From Acidimicrobiia bacterium UBA4744 (lineage in GTDB: Bacteria; Actinomycetota; Acidimicrobiia; Spongiisociales; UBA4744), in assembly GCA_002403855.1 (NCBI GenBank), contig DHIO01000026.1, forward strand, positions 183,627 to 247,626: 64,000 nucleotides of DNA. Reading direction: 5' to 3'. The translations under genes were made by a program, and so were the position numbers. The notes below the pieces were generated by a model, which ran no database searches, had not been told where the DNA came from, and saw only the letters and a program-made list of their open reading frames with translations. The first letter of the stretch is position 1. Every line of letters starts with the position of its first letter. Positions 18,226 to 27,765 of the stretch are shown piece by piece.

Positions 18226-18912
18226 TCAGAAGGGTACGTCCACCGCATCGCAAAGGAACCGCATGAAGGGCACCGCCCGCTTGCAGTAGTCGGTGAAGTC
18301 CTGCATGAAGTGGTCCGAAGTGACGAGCCTCTGGGTCAAACGGGTAGAGGCAATGAAATCCTTGCGCTTCAGATCCTCGATGAGCGGGTGGTCCTCCGAA
18401 TACCCCTTGGGGGGACGGATCAACGAGTCGCCGGTGACGGTGAATACGTCGGCGAAGCGCTTCCCGCGGGTCGCCTGCTTCCATGTAGCTGAGTCCTGAT
18501 CGATCCGCTCGCGGATGGCGTAGGCCACCTTGGTTTCCGGTCTCCAGATCCCAACGCCCATGAAGCACTCGCCCGGTTGGATGTGCAGGTAGAAACCCGG
18601 GGCATGGACATCCTTGGCCATGGCGTGCCGGAACTGCATGCCGGTGTTCTCTTTGTAGGGAGTCTTGTCCTTGGAGAAGCGGGTATCCCGCTGGATACGG
18701 AAAAGTGATCCGCCCGTCTTGCGGGAGTCGGCCACGAAGTAGGGAGAGATGCTTTCGAGCGGCTCGGCGAAATCGTTGATGAAGTCCAAGGCAGGTTCAC
18801 GAACATAGCGTTCATAGTCCTCCTGATGTTCCTTGAACCAATCCCGATCGTTGTTGTGAGCTAGGTCGGTCAGAAAGGTGAAAAGCCTGGTCGAGAAGTA
18901 TCGCTTCGTCAT
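18226..18912 (-). CDS. DUF2461 (TIGR02453) family protein
   Basis: NNDRDWFKEHQEDY and FRIQRDTRFSKDKTPYK motifs. Length 228 aa. Confidence 0.85.
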   Translation of the reverse strand: MTKRYFSTRLFTFLTDLAHNNDRDWFKEHQEDYERYVREPALDFINDFAEPLESISPYFVADSRKTGGSLFRIQRDTRFSKDKTPYKENTGMQFRHAMAKDVHAPGFYLHIQPGECFMGVGIWRPETKVAYAIRERIDQDSATWKQATRGKRFADVFTVTGDSLIRPPKGYSEDHPLIEDLKRKDFIASTRLTQRLVTSDHFMQDFTDYCKRAVPFMRFLCDAVDVPF

Positions 18913-19016
18913 GCGACCAAGCTAACCAATGCGGGCAATTGGTGGAACCCCCTTTGTAGTACCAACAAGAAGTACCCGATCCTCGAACTCCCGCCCGCCT
19001 TGCCGCCTGTTGTCTG

Positions 19017-22000
19017 CTATGCCCAGGCGGCAATTCCCTCAGAGGCCAGGGCTTCTAGCTCCGGCAGGAGGTCTTCCATCTGCTCCTGAAGGTGAACCCA
19101 GGCTCTCGCGGTAGCGTCGTAATCCCCGGTTTTTGCCTCGTCGTTCATGCGCTTGGCAGCCTCATACGGGCCGTGGGCGGCAAACAAGCCAACGGTTCCC
19201 TTGATACGATGCGACAGCTCGCGGGGAAGCTCCAGGTTGCCGACTTCGAGTTCGGAGGCAATCTGATCGTGAAGGCCCGGATATTCCTCGAGGAACAACT
19301 CTGCCATCTCCTTGAGCAGTTCGGCCATCCCTTCGACCCGCTCGAGTGCTTCGCGACGATCGATAACGGTTTCGTTCCCGGCCTCTGGTTGGGGCGGGGC
19401 GTCCCGGTCGGAACGCCTCGTCAAACCAACCAGTTGCTCTACCGTGGCAAACAATTCGTCGGCACTGAACGGTTTCGAGACGTACGCGTCCATTCCGGCA
19501 TTGAGACAACGCTCGCGATCCGATTCCATGGCGTGAGCGGTCAGAGCGACGATGGGCACCTGAGCGCGGCCATCTTCCCATTGTCTGATCACCCGGGTTG
19601 CCTCCAATCCATCCATCTCGGGCATCTGCACATCCATCAGCACAGCATCGAAACTCGACTCCTGAATGGCCTCGACGGCCCGCAGGCCGTCCTCGACGGC
19701 AACCACCGAATGGCCGCGTTTCTCCAACAGCCGCACGGCCAGCATGCGATTGGTTGGGCTGTCATCGGCCAGCAGGAGTCGCAGTCTTGGGCGTCGTTCC
19801 CGCAGCCAATGCTTGGTGACGAGGATCTCAGCGTGCTCGCCCTCGGTGGTGACGAGACGCACGGCATCGAGCAGTTCTCCCTGCGAGATCGGCTTGGTGA
19901 GATAGGCGGAGACACCCGCTTCCCGGAACCGGGCGGCGTCGCCCCGTTCACCCGCCACCGGCACTGCAAGCACCGGCACACCCTTGAAGTCGGGGTGGTT
20001 GGCGATCCGACTGGACGTCTCGAAAACGTTCTTGCGCATATCAACCACCACCGCGCGCGGAGCGAGTTGGAGCCGGGCAAGGTCATGCATGGTGTCTAGA
20101 GCCGAGTTCAAATCCGTGACTATCGACGTCGAGGCGCCCCCCTGACGAAGCATCTCACCGAGGCTCCGCTGAGCAGCAACAGTGTCGGCGACGACCAGCA
20201 CCCTGAGGTCCGACGGTTCTGTTGGATCAACAGGGCTGAGGAGGTCGGCCAGACTGGCTTCGGCCAGGCGAAGCGTGAAGTGGAATCGACTGCCCTTCCC
20301 CACCTCGCTCTCGACCCATATCTCGCCTCCCATCATCTTGACCAGATCGGAGGTGATGGCGAGGCCCAAACCGGTCCCCCCGTACTTGCGAGTTGTGGAT
20401 CCGTCTGCTTGCGCGAAGGACTCGAAGACACTCTGGCGCACATCCTCCGGAATCCCTATCCCGGTATCGGAAATGACGAAATGCAGTTCGACTCCGTCGG
20501 CCGACCTCGACTCCACACCGACCGCTGCCTTCACCTGCCCGACATGGGTGAACTTGATGGCATTGCCCAAGAGGTTGAACAGAACCTGACGAACTCTGCC
20601 CGGATCGCCTACCACCGCATCAGGGACGTCCGGATCGCAGTCGGAAGACAGCTCGAGACCCTTCTCGGCGGCTCGCACCGCCATCGTCTGCACCGTGTCG
20701 CCGATCGTGTCGCCGAGGCTGAACGGGATCTCTTCCAGTTCCAGCTTTCCCGCCTCGATCTTCGAGAGATCGAGCAAATCGTTGATCAGAGTCAGCAAGG
20801 CATCCACCGAGGTTTTTGTTGTGCCCAGGTACTCGCGCTGTTCGGCCGTCAGTTCTGTTCCAAGGGTCAGCTCGGTCATTCCCAGGATGGCATTCATGGG
20901 GGTGCGGATCTCATGGGAAATGTTGGCCAGGAACTGGGCCTTGCTGGAGGCTGCCAGCTCGGCAGCATCCCGGGCTTGCTGCAACTCGATTTCCGCCTCC
21001 TTGCGAGCCGTGATATCGCGAGAGTTGACAACCCACGCCTCCACTTCGGGGTCGTGCAGCATGTTGACGGCGGACGCTTCCATCAACCTCCACGTCCCGT
21101 CGGCGTGCAGCATCCGATGCTCGACCGGGCGGCTCGACTCCCCGGGAAGCGTCTCCTCGCCGGCCGCCTGGAAGGCGGCCCGGTCTTCAGGATGAATCAG
21201 GTCATAGACGTCGGCGGCCACGAGGTCCGGCGAGTGGTAGCCGAGGAGAGCCTCGACAGATGCACTGACAAACCGCAACGTCCCTTCGTCGGACACTGTG
21301 TAGAGGAGGTCGGCCACATTCTCGGCCACCAGACGGAGCCGCCGTTCGGTGCGGTGCAGCGCCCGCTCGGCCTCCTCGCGGCGATGCTCCAAACGATACG
21401 CGGCGATCAGGTTGGCACATGATGCGAGAAACGGTTCGATGGCCTCAACGAGCCTCTCGTCGTAGCCTCCGGGTCGATTGGCAATGCCCACGGTGCCGAC
21501 CAACTCGGTCCCGTGCCACAGCGGGACACCCAAAAAGGCGTTCATCGACGGATGCGATTCCGGCCGTCCGCCGCTGCGCGGGTCCTGATCCGGGTTGTTG
21601 GAGATCACCATCTTGCCGCTGGTGACGACGGATCCGAAAAGGGTGTCGAGGTTGTCGAATCGCAGCCCAACTGTCGCGTGCCGTTCGTACATTCGGGAAG
21701 ACTCGTCGTCCCACGCAACATCGGACAAGGCACGGGTCTGCAGATACTGGGTGTCACCCTCCTTGAGAACCTCGGCCACGAAGCCGTATTCGCTGCCCGT
21801 GAGATCGAGCAAGTCTTCCAGCACACGCCCGAAGAGCGCCCGGGGCTCGACATCGGCAATGAAGGCCGACTGGAGGCCGGCGATGCTGTTGAGGAGAGCG
21901 TTCTTTCCGGCCAGCTCGCGTTGGATCGTCGCGAGATCCGTAACGTCGCTGATGGAAACCAGCACGCGACTGAAGTCCGGACCCCAACGGCCGAGCGGGA

Positions 22001-22952
22001 CCGACCAATGCAACACGCAGTCGATGGGGCGCCCCTGAGTGGTCCGTCCGGTGAAGTCGACAACCAGCCGGTCCTTGCCCTCCCAGATGGCTACCAGTTG
22101 ATCGACGAAGGCACCCAGGGTTTCCTGGTCGGCCGTGCGCGGGTCGATCGGGCCAAGCAGTTGATCTCGGCTCTCGGCCTCGATCAATGCAACCGCCGCA
22201 TCGTTCACGTCGGTGACGCGGATCAACCGAAATACTTCTTCGACTTCTTCGGGGTGCTGGGCCAGGTAGTTCCGTAGGTCGGTCACCCCCTCACGGCGCA
22301 AACGATCGAGCCTCTTGGCCACCTTGCTGTAGTCCTCTTCCCAGATCGAAGTTGGGGCTCGGTCGAAGAGGTTGCGATATCCCTTCTCAGATCCGCTGAC
22401 GACCCGCCACAGGACGTGCAGGGCTCCGCTCAGCACGAGGAAGACGGCCAGCTGGATGGCCATTCCGAACAAGCCCTTCTGATCAAACTGCTCGAACACC
22501 CCGACGCCCTGGTCCGCGGCCCACACCAGCTGGCCCGCCCACACGAACGAGAGGAAACCCAGGTACTTCCAGAAATGTCGGCGCTCAAGGAACAGGCCAC
22601 CAAAAGCACCCAGCGCCGCCACGGCTACCATCATGGCCGCCCGGTTGTCGCTCGATTGCACCGGCAGCTGGGCGGCGGCGACCACCACCACGACCAGCAC
22701 CACCGGCAGGGCCCGAGGGCGATCGAGGCGGAGCTGCAGGTAGGCCATCAACGCGCCCGCCAGTGCCAGACCGGCGAGCAGACCCAGGGAGGCGTCGTAC
22801 GTGAAGAGCGCCACACAGGCGAGTATCGGAAACGCGGTCGAACCCAAGCGCAGCAGACCCCGGATGAAGTCCCTCTCTATTGCCTGCAAGGCGCGATCAA
22901 CCGATTCCCGGCGGGGAAGGCTTCCGACAGAACGCAACCAACGGGGTGGCAT
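19017..22952 (-). CDS. membrane-bound multi-sensor hybrid histidine kinase (TM-PAS-GAF-PAS-HisKA-HATPase-REC-like-REC-HPt)
   Basis: An N-terminal block of TM helices. PAS (YRNLFDRAPTSIWEED), GAF (...FLGVPLWHGTELVGTVGIANRPGGY), and a second PAS. H-box FLANISHEIRTPMNAILG. HATPase (NLLGNAIKFT, DTGIGI, GTGLGLAI). Degenerate REC (VLVVADT) and canonical REC (LLLADDSPTNR...LMDVQMPEMDG). HPt (HRIKGTVGLF). The start was trimmed to ATG 22952 because the longer ORF overlaps the DUF998 gene. Confidence 0.9.
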   Translation of the reverse strand: MPPRWLRSVGSLPRRESVDRALQAIERDFIRGLLRLGSTAFPILACVALFTYDASLGLLAGLALAGALMAYLQLRLDRPRALPVVLVVVVVAAAQLPVQSSDNRAAMMVAVAALGAFGGLFLERRHFWKYLGFLSFVWAGQLVWAADQGVGVFEQFDQKGLFGMAIQLAVFLVLSGALHVLWRVVSGSEKGYRNLFDRAPTSIWEEDYSKVAKRLDRLRREGVTDLRNYLAQHPEEVEEVFRLIRVTDVNDAAVALIEAESRDQLLGPIDPRTADQETLGAFVDQLVAIWEGKDRLVVDFTGRTTQGRPIDCVLHWSVPLGRWGPDFSRVLVSISDVTDLATIQRELAGKNALLNSIAGLQSAFIADVEPRALFGRVLEDLLDLTGSEYGFVAEVLKEGDTQYLQTRALSDVAWDDESSRMYERHATVGLRFDNLDTLFGSVVTSGKMVISNNPDQDPRSGGRPESHPSMNAFLGVPLWHGTELVGTVGIANRPGGYDERLVEAIEPFLASCANLIAAYRLEHRREEAERALHRTERRLRLVAENVADLLYTVSDEGTLRFVSASVEALLGYHSPDLVAADVYDLIHPEDRAAFQAAGEETLPGESSRPVEHRMLHADGTWRLMEASAVNMLHDPEVEAWVVNSRDITARKEAEIELQQARDAAELAASSKAQFLANISHEIRTPMNAILGMTELTLGTELTAEQREYLGTTKTSVDALLTLINDLLDLSKIEAGKLELEEIPFSLGDTIGDTVQTMAVRAAEKGLELSSDCDPDVPDAVVGDPGRVRQVLFNLLGNAIKFTHVGQVKAAVGVESRSADGVELHFVISDTGIGIPEDVRQSVFESFAQADGSTTRKYGGTGLGLAITSDLVKMMGGEIWVESEVGKGSRFHFTLRLAEASLADLLSPVDPTEPSDLRVLVVADTVAAQRSLGEMLRQGGASTSIVTDLNSALDTMHDLARLQLAPRAVVVDMRKNVFETSSRIANHPDFKGVPVLAVPVAGERGDAARFREAGVSAYLTKPISQGELLDAVRLVTTEGEHAEILVTKHWLRERRPRLRLLLADDSPTNRMLAVRLLEKRGHSVVAVEDGLRAVEAIQESSFDAVLMDVQMPEMDGLEATRVIRQWEDGRAQVPIVALTAHAMESDRERCLNAGMDAYVSKPFSADELFATVEQLVGLTRRSDRDAPPQPEAGNETVIDRREALERVEGMAELLKEMAELFLEEYPGLHDQIASELEVGNLELPRELSHRIKGTVGLFAAHGPYEAAKRMNDEAKTGDYDATARAWVHLQEQMEDLLPELEALASEGIAAWA

Positions 22953-23061
22953 ACGTCGTAGAAATCGGCAGGCCCGGGCTCCCCCTTGAGGCAGTCGTGC
23001 TGGAGAGGATGACCGACCGGAGGGAGCCGACAGGTTGGGAAGAGCGGTGCGTTTACCCCGG

Positions 23062-23592
23062 CTAGGTCGATCCGGGCGCCGACATCGAGCGGGCGGCAAA
23101 GGCAACGATCCAAACGGCGGCCAAACCGACGAAGATTCGCTGGGGCACACCCTGCACTGCGGGCGGTGTGAAGAGGAAGGCGATGCCGACCCCCGTCATC
23201 GCGGTCCCCACGACCAGCGTGATGGCCCGGAGCGACCGCAGTGCTTGGTCGACGGGCGCAGCAACAACCACAGCCAGCATCGCCAGAACCAGCGCGCCGA
23301 ACGCAATACCGGACAGCACGTCGTGAACGGCACCTTCGACCGTGAAGAATCCTCCGGGGCGGAGGTCGTCCCGGAACACTGCTACTCCGGCCATCAGCGC
23401 CGCATGGGTGGCGACCGCGCTCCACAACACCCGGCTTCGGCTGCCGGAGCCCAACCGACGGTGTAGGCCGGCGGCGAAACAACCCATGAGCGCGGCATAG
23501 GCCACCAATCCCCCGGTCCACAACCAGCGGTCGGCTATTCCCCGGGCGCTCAGCTTGCTGACGGTGTCGGCAACGTGGTCGTACCCGGGCAT
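23062..23592 (-). CDS. DUF998-like integral membrane protein
   Basis: Five or six TM helices. The N-terminus YDHVADTVSKLSARG resembles the DUF998 start. Confidence 0.55.
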   Translation of the reverse strand: MPGYDHVADTVSKLSARGIADRWLWTGGLVAYAALMGCFAAGLHRRLGSGSRSRVLWSAVATHAALMAGVAVFRDDLRPGGFFTVEGAVHDVLSGIAFGALVLAMLAVVVAAPVDQALRSLRAITLVVGTAMTGVGIAFLFTPPAVQGVPQRIFVGLAAVWIVAFAARSMSAPGST

Positions 23593-23674
23593 CCGGGCTG
23601 CCGATACGGCGAACGCGGTGAGAGCTACTACCGGCGCGGCGACACCGCAGGCGACCAGGCCGCGGGTGGTCGCG

Positions 23675-24238
23675 TCAAGCTCCCGGTCCTTGGGAGCCGA
23701 ACGTGTCGGTTGATGGGCCTTCGTAGCGTTCTCCTTTCACGACTGCGATGACGCCGTGGAAGAACATGGGCAACACCTTGCCGAAGAATTTCTTGTATTC
23801 GAGGAGCATCAGAACGGCCAACGTCCCGAGCGGGACTGCCAGCGTGGCGTCCTCGGAGATGAAGATGAGCCACAGAGCGGCTCCATAGGCGATGCCCTGC
23901 AAAGCCTGGGATACGGCCGGGTTCTTGGTGAGCAGGTAGACCGCCCCCAGAACAACAGTCCCGGCGACAACCAACCACAGCGGAGCCCGGTCGCTGAGGC
24001 CAAAACCGGCGAGCACGCTGGCACCCACAAACGTGTCGATCACCATGTCGGTCTCACCGAACAGGGTACGCCGGCCGGATGACCGGGCGAGGCGGCCGTC
24101 GAAGACATCGGTGGCCCAGGCCACAGTCAAGAGGATCGAGAAAAGGTCTATGCGATCAACAACCAGAGCACCCGCCGCCGCCACCCCCAGTACGATGCGA
24201 CTCCCGGTCAGGAGATCGGCGAGAACTGCCCGGAACAT
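23675..24238 (-). CDS. CDP-alcohol phosphatidyltransferase family protein
   Basis: DVFDGRLARSSGRRTLFGETDMVID is a close variant of the D-x2-DG-x2-AR...G-x-D-x3-D motif, embedded in TM helices. ATG 24238 was chosen because the upstream 39 aa are not protein-like. Confidence 0.8.
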   Translation of the reverse strand: MFRAVLADLLTGSRIVLGVAAAGALVVDRIDLFSILLTVAWATDVFDGRLARSSGRRTLFGETDMVIDTFVGASVLAGFGLSDRAPLWLVVAGTVVLGAVYLLTKNPAVSQALQGIAYGAALWLIFISEDATLAVPLGTLAVLMLLEYKKFFGKVLPMFFHGVIAVVKGERYEGPSTDTFGSQGPGA

Positions 24239-24343
24239 GCTGCAAGCATGACACACGAACACTCCCGCACCGGACCATCCGGGAGATCTCCTCCGCCAGG
24301 TGAACGAGAAGCCCGACCAGATTGTCTCGCTGGGAAGGGCTCG

Positions 24344-24778
24344 ATGTTTCGCCACGCTGAGGCCCGCCCGTCGCGATCGCTCTTTGCCCCGATCGTTCTC
24401 GCACTGACGATGACCGGGTGCGGCGGCGAAGGCGGGGTGTGGAAAGCAGCGAGTACGTCGATCCGCTCGAGATCGCTCAACTGGCGGCGAGAGCCTCAGG
24501 AGCTAGGGACGGTTCTCGCAGAGCGGGGGCATTGTGGTTTGCCGGCGGGCTCCTCCGCCTTCGGGAGGAAGGCCACTCGGCCGAGACGTACGTCGACATC
24601 GCCGGTCCTGGAGGCCGGGGACGGAATCCGGGCCAGGGAACTCCGGGGCCCGACGCCGGCCGCGACGACTGGCTTCACGCCGTGCCGGGACGGATGTCCA
24701 GTCGACGCCACACCGCCAGGATCCCTACGGCCACTGCCACGCCGGCGCCGCCCATTACCATGCGAACCGGCTCGGTAG
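24344..24778 (+). CDS. putative lipoprotein (signal peptide convincing, mature part doubtful; possibly frameshifted)
   Basis: GGGAAGGG SD 5 nt before the ATG. MFRHAEARPSRSLFAPIVLALTMTGC has a lipobox-like end. The remaining frame is Arg/Pro-rich and overlaps the convergent MFS 3' end. Confidence 0.3.
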   Translation: MFRHAEARPSRSLFAPIVLALTMTGCGGEGGVWKAASTSIRSRSLNWRREPQELGTVLAERGHCGLPAGSSAFGRKATRPRRTSTSPVLEAGDGIRARELRGPTPAATTGFTPCRDGCPVDATPPGSLRPLPRRRRPLPCEPAR

Positions 24779-25919
24779 AACCAAGGCGTACGAGCAGGTC
24801 GGCAACGCCCCCGGCAACCACTGCGCCGATGCCCAAGGCCACCCGAACTGCTATGTGGAATGCGGTGAACGCCAGCGTCCGCTGCTGTTCGGGAAGGGCA
24901 ATCTGCAGCCCGCTGACCGCCGAGACGATCGCCGCTACCGCGGCAGCTCCAAACCCTACCGCTCCGAGCAGTGTGGCCGAAACGGTCGGCGACATCCCCA
25001 TCAGGGACAGGATGATGCCCAGTGACAGCACGGCAATACGGACATCCCGGAACGGGTTGTCGGACGCCACCACCTGGACCAATCCCAGACCGATGAGGGC
25101 TCCGGCCCCGAAGAGGATGATCAAGAGGGCAAACTCGGTGTCGCCCGCGCCGAGGGTGTCCTGGACGAACACGATGCCTACGGAAAACACTGTTCCCAAA
25201 CCCGCAGCCACCGAGGCGACCGGGATCAGCGCCGACCGGACGAGGGGGATGGAGAGGGCATCCCGAAAGCGAACCTCGCCGTCGGCTACTCCGACCCGTG
25301 CCCCGGCAGATCGAATCGGCCGCACCAGGTAGAACGATCCGAGGAATGTGAGGGCATCGACGAAGAACACCGGACCCAAACGGCCTCCCGGAAGAGAGAC
25401 CGAGAGTCCTGCGGTCAAGGCTGCGAATGCTGCAAACAATCCGGCGCCGACCGGCAAACCGCCGTATTGGGCTCCGAGGACCAGGCCGTTGGCCAGGCGC
25501 AAATCACGTCTTTCGACCAGGTCCGGGACCATGGCGTCGCGAGCGGGCAAGTAGATCAGAGTGGCCGATTCGAGGACGAACACCCAGACGAGTACCCAAC
25601 CGACGTTGCGCACGAGCGGGATGGCCACGACTACCCCAACTCGAACGAGATCCATGGCCAACATCGTCTTCTTGCGATCCCAGCGTCGGGCTGCCTGAGC
25701 GGCGAGCGGGCCGGCGATCGCCCCGGGACCCAACCGGATCGCCAGCATGCCTCCGACTGCGATCGCCGAACCGGATATGTCGAAGATCAGGGCCATCAGT
25801 GCAATCGTGGCCATCCAGTCGCCGATTCCCGAGATCGCCTGGGAGCCCAAGAGCCGCCGGTAGTCGGACGATCCCAGGAGTCTGCCGACCGGGCGGCGTT
25901 CAGACGCAGTATCGCTCAT
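24675..25919 (-). CDS. MFS transporter
   Basis: 414 aa with 12 TM helices. N-terminal YRRLLGSQAISGIGDWM is typical of the EntS/DHA3-like MFS group. Confidence 0.85.
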   Translation of the reverse strand: MSDTASERRPVGRLLGSSDYRRLLGSQAISGIGDWMATIALMALIFDISGSAIAVGGMLAIRLGPGAIAGPLAAQAARRWDRKKTMLAMDLVRVGVVVAIPLVRNVGWVLVWVFVLESATLIYLPARDAMVPDLVERRDLRLANGLVLGAQYGGLPVGAGLFAAFAALTAGLSVSLPGGRLGPVFFVDALTFLGSFYLVRPIRSAGARVGVADGEVRFRDALSIPLVRSALIPVASVAAGLGTVFSVGIVFVQDTLGAGDTEFALLIILFGAGALIGLGLVQVVASDNPFRDVRIAVLSLGIILSLMGMSPTVSATLLGAVGFGAAAVAAIVSAVSGLQIALPEQQRTLAFTAFHIAVRVALGIGAVVAGGVADLLVRLGSTEPVRMVMGGAGVAVAVGILAVWRRLDIRPGTA

Positions 25920-26048
25920 CGGTCTCCAACCTAGAGGCTTGCGAGCGTAGCGCTGTGTCTCTCGGCTCCAGGATCAGGTTGCCGGGTCTGGTCGGCGGCC
26001 TTCGGCGGACCCGAGTGGAAGTGAGATCCCGAGCGGCAGAGTTCTGGC

Positions 26049-26693
26049 TTACTCCGAGCCTGGAGTGATGACGAGGGTCTCCAGTCTCGTTCCCAGGAGG
26101 ACTGCTACTTCGAAGAAGTCGGCGAGATCAAAACTCCCCTTCAGCGCGACATCGACGGGGGTGCGCCGGTGGGATGAGCAAACCGGGTGGTACGACCCGG
26201 AACCGTACTTGATTCGTACCGGTGGCTCGAAACACCGGGTTGGAGAATAGAGGTCATCCCCTCCGGAACACTCGACCTTCAGCCCCAGCGGGCCATCGAT
26301 GGTGGCCTCTCGGCCCCGGTATCCGGCCTCGGTTGCGAACATAGGCCCGCCCACAACAACCCGGCCGTCCATCCAGACTCCGGGGCCCATCGGGCGAGCC
26401 AGCTCGGGCGTTCGATAGGCATAGATCCCGCATCGACAATCCTCCGCAGGCGGTACGTGCCCCCGCTGCTCTTCCTCGCCTTCCGCCAACCGATAGGCCC
26501 ACGTGAGGGACGGATTGCACTCGGCTCGGAGCGTACGCGAAAGCCACACCTGGTCCTCGTGGGCGCTCCACAAGAGGGGCTCACCCGACCCGCCGGGACG
26601 GAGCCGCCACCGACGCCACGCCACCACCCGACTGGGTGAGAGCAGAGCACTCTCGGAGCCGATCCACGGATCGTCGCGCAGCAACTGACTCAT
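26049..26693 (-). CDS. hypothetical protein with C-x-CGIYAY motif
   Basis: ATG 26693 with GGAGG 5 nt upstream. 214 aa, with no family I can name. Contains the DCRCGIYAY motif and several conserved-looking Cys/His. Confidence 0.6.
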   Translation of the reverse strand: MSQLLRDDPWIGSESALLSPSRVVAWRRWRLRPGGSGEPLLWSAHEDQVWLSRTLRAECNPSLTWAYRLAEGEEEQRGHVPPAEDCRCGIYAYRTPELARPMGPGVWMDGRVVVGGPMFATEAGYRGREATIDGPLGLKVECSGGDDLYSPTRCFEPPVRIKYGSGSYHPVCSSHRRTPVDVALKGSFDLADFFEVAVLLGTRLETLVITPGSE

Positions 26694-26901
26694 TGCGCCT
26701 CCGCCGGCGCCGATGTCCTTCACCGGCGCTCACCTACTTCATCGGCCGGCGTGCGGTCATCTCTTGAACGGTGGGCACAACAGGCCGGTAATTGGCGACG
26801 CCACCGTCCCCAGCAAGGTCTCTTTCCAACTGAAACCGATTTCCTCCCATAGGAGTCCAAATGGTTCACAATGGTGCAATCATCCGAGGGAGGAACAGAA
26901 A

Positions 26902-27123
26902 TTGCCAACGACAACGCTGCGCTACATGACCCGCGAATCGCTTCAAGACGCTCGTCCCGTGTGGCACCAGGACCCGAACTGCGCAGGATCCCGCCTCGTC
27001 GTCGTCCTTGACGAGGTTGCCCGGAGGTTTGCCGTTCCCTGCGACGGTTGCTCCGACGAAACCATCTCCATAGAGATCAAGGAAGACTCCGACCTCCGGC
27101 TCCTGGCACCCGACAAGTTCTAG
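26902..27123 (+). CDS. small Cys/His-containing hypothetical protein (73 aa)
   Basis: TTG start 8 nt after GAGGGAGGAA. WHQDPNC-x20-CDGC forms a possible H-C-C-C metal site. It is preceded by a relatively AT-rich ~200 bp intergenic region. Confidence 0.45.
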   Translation: MPTTTLRYMTRESLQDARPVWHQDPNCAGSRLVVVLDEVARRFAVPCDGCSDETISIEIKEDSDLRLLAPDKF

Positions 27124-27132
27124 CGTCTTCCC

Positions 27133-27765
27133 TCAGATGATCCTGCGGTCGGATGCCCATCGAGTCAGTTCGTAGCGCGACGACAACTGCAGCTTCCTGA
27201 GCACGGCGGACACGTGTGACTCCACAGTCTTGATGGAGATCGACAACCGGCGCGCCACCTGTTTGTAGCTGTAGCCTCGGGCGATCTGTCGGAGGACTTC
27301 CTTCTCGCGAGGTGTGAGCTGATCGAGTTCCGGATCCATGGGAGCGGGAACCGTCTCGGCAAACGCATCGAGGACGAAACCGGCCAGCCTGGGTGAGAAG
27401 ACCGCGTCTCCGTCGTTGACACGGCGGATGGCGGATGCCAGTTCCACGGGCTGGATCGACTTCGTGACATATCCGCGAGCGCCCGCCCGGATCATGGCGA
27501 TCACATCTTCGGCTGCGTCGGAAACCGAGAGCGCAAGAAATTTCGTTTCGGGTTGCGTCTCGTGCACAGCCCGCACGACGGCCAGTCCGCCTCCGCCGGG
27601 CATGTGCACGTCGACCAGCACGACGTCGGGTTGAGTCGCCTGAATGTCCTCGATAGCGTCATCGACGTCCGAGGCCACACCCACGAGTTCGAAGGAGGCG
27701 TCGAGTTCGGCTTTGACCCCGGACAAGAACAACTGGTGGTCGTCGACCAGAAACACCTTGATCAT
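27133..27765 (-). CDS. LuxR/NarL-family response regulator
   Basis: Receiver VFLVDDHQLF...VLVDVHMPGGGG...VTKS plus C-terminal HTH LTPREKEVLRQIARGYSYKQVARRLSISIKTVESH. 4-bp overlap with the upstream kinase. Confidence 0.9.
   Translation of the reverse strand: MIKVFLVDDHQLFLSGVKAELDASFELVGVASDVDDAIEDIQATQPDVVLVDVHMPGGGGLAVVRAVHETQPETKFLALSVSDAAEDVIAMIRAGARGYVTKSIQPVELASAIRRVNDGDAVFSPRLAGFVLDAFAETVPAPMDPELDQLTPREKEVLRQIARGYSYKQVARRLSISIKTVESHVSAVLRKLQLSSRYELTRWASDRRII

Noticed and set aside
22953-23150. The 5' extension of the large hybrid kinase ORF.
   Set aside because: It overlaps the 3' end of the DUF998 gene and is Arg/Pro/Ser-rich. The exact start (22952 or a downstream GTG/TTG) remains uncertain.
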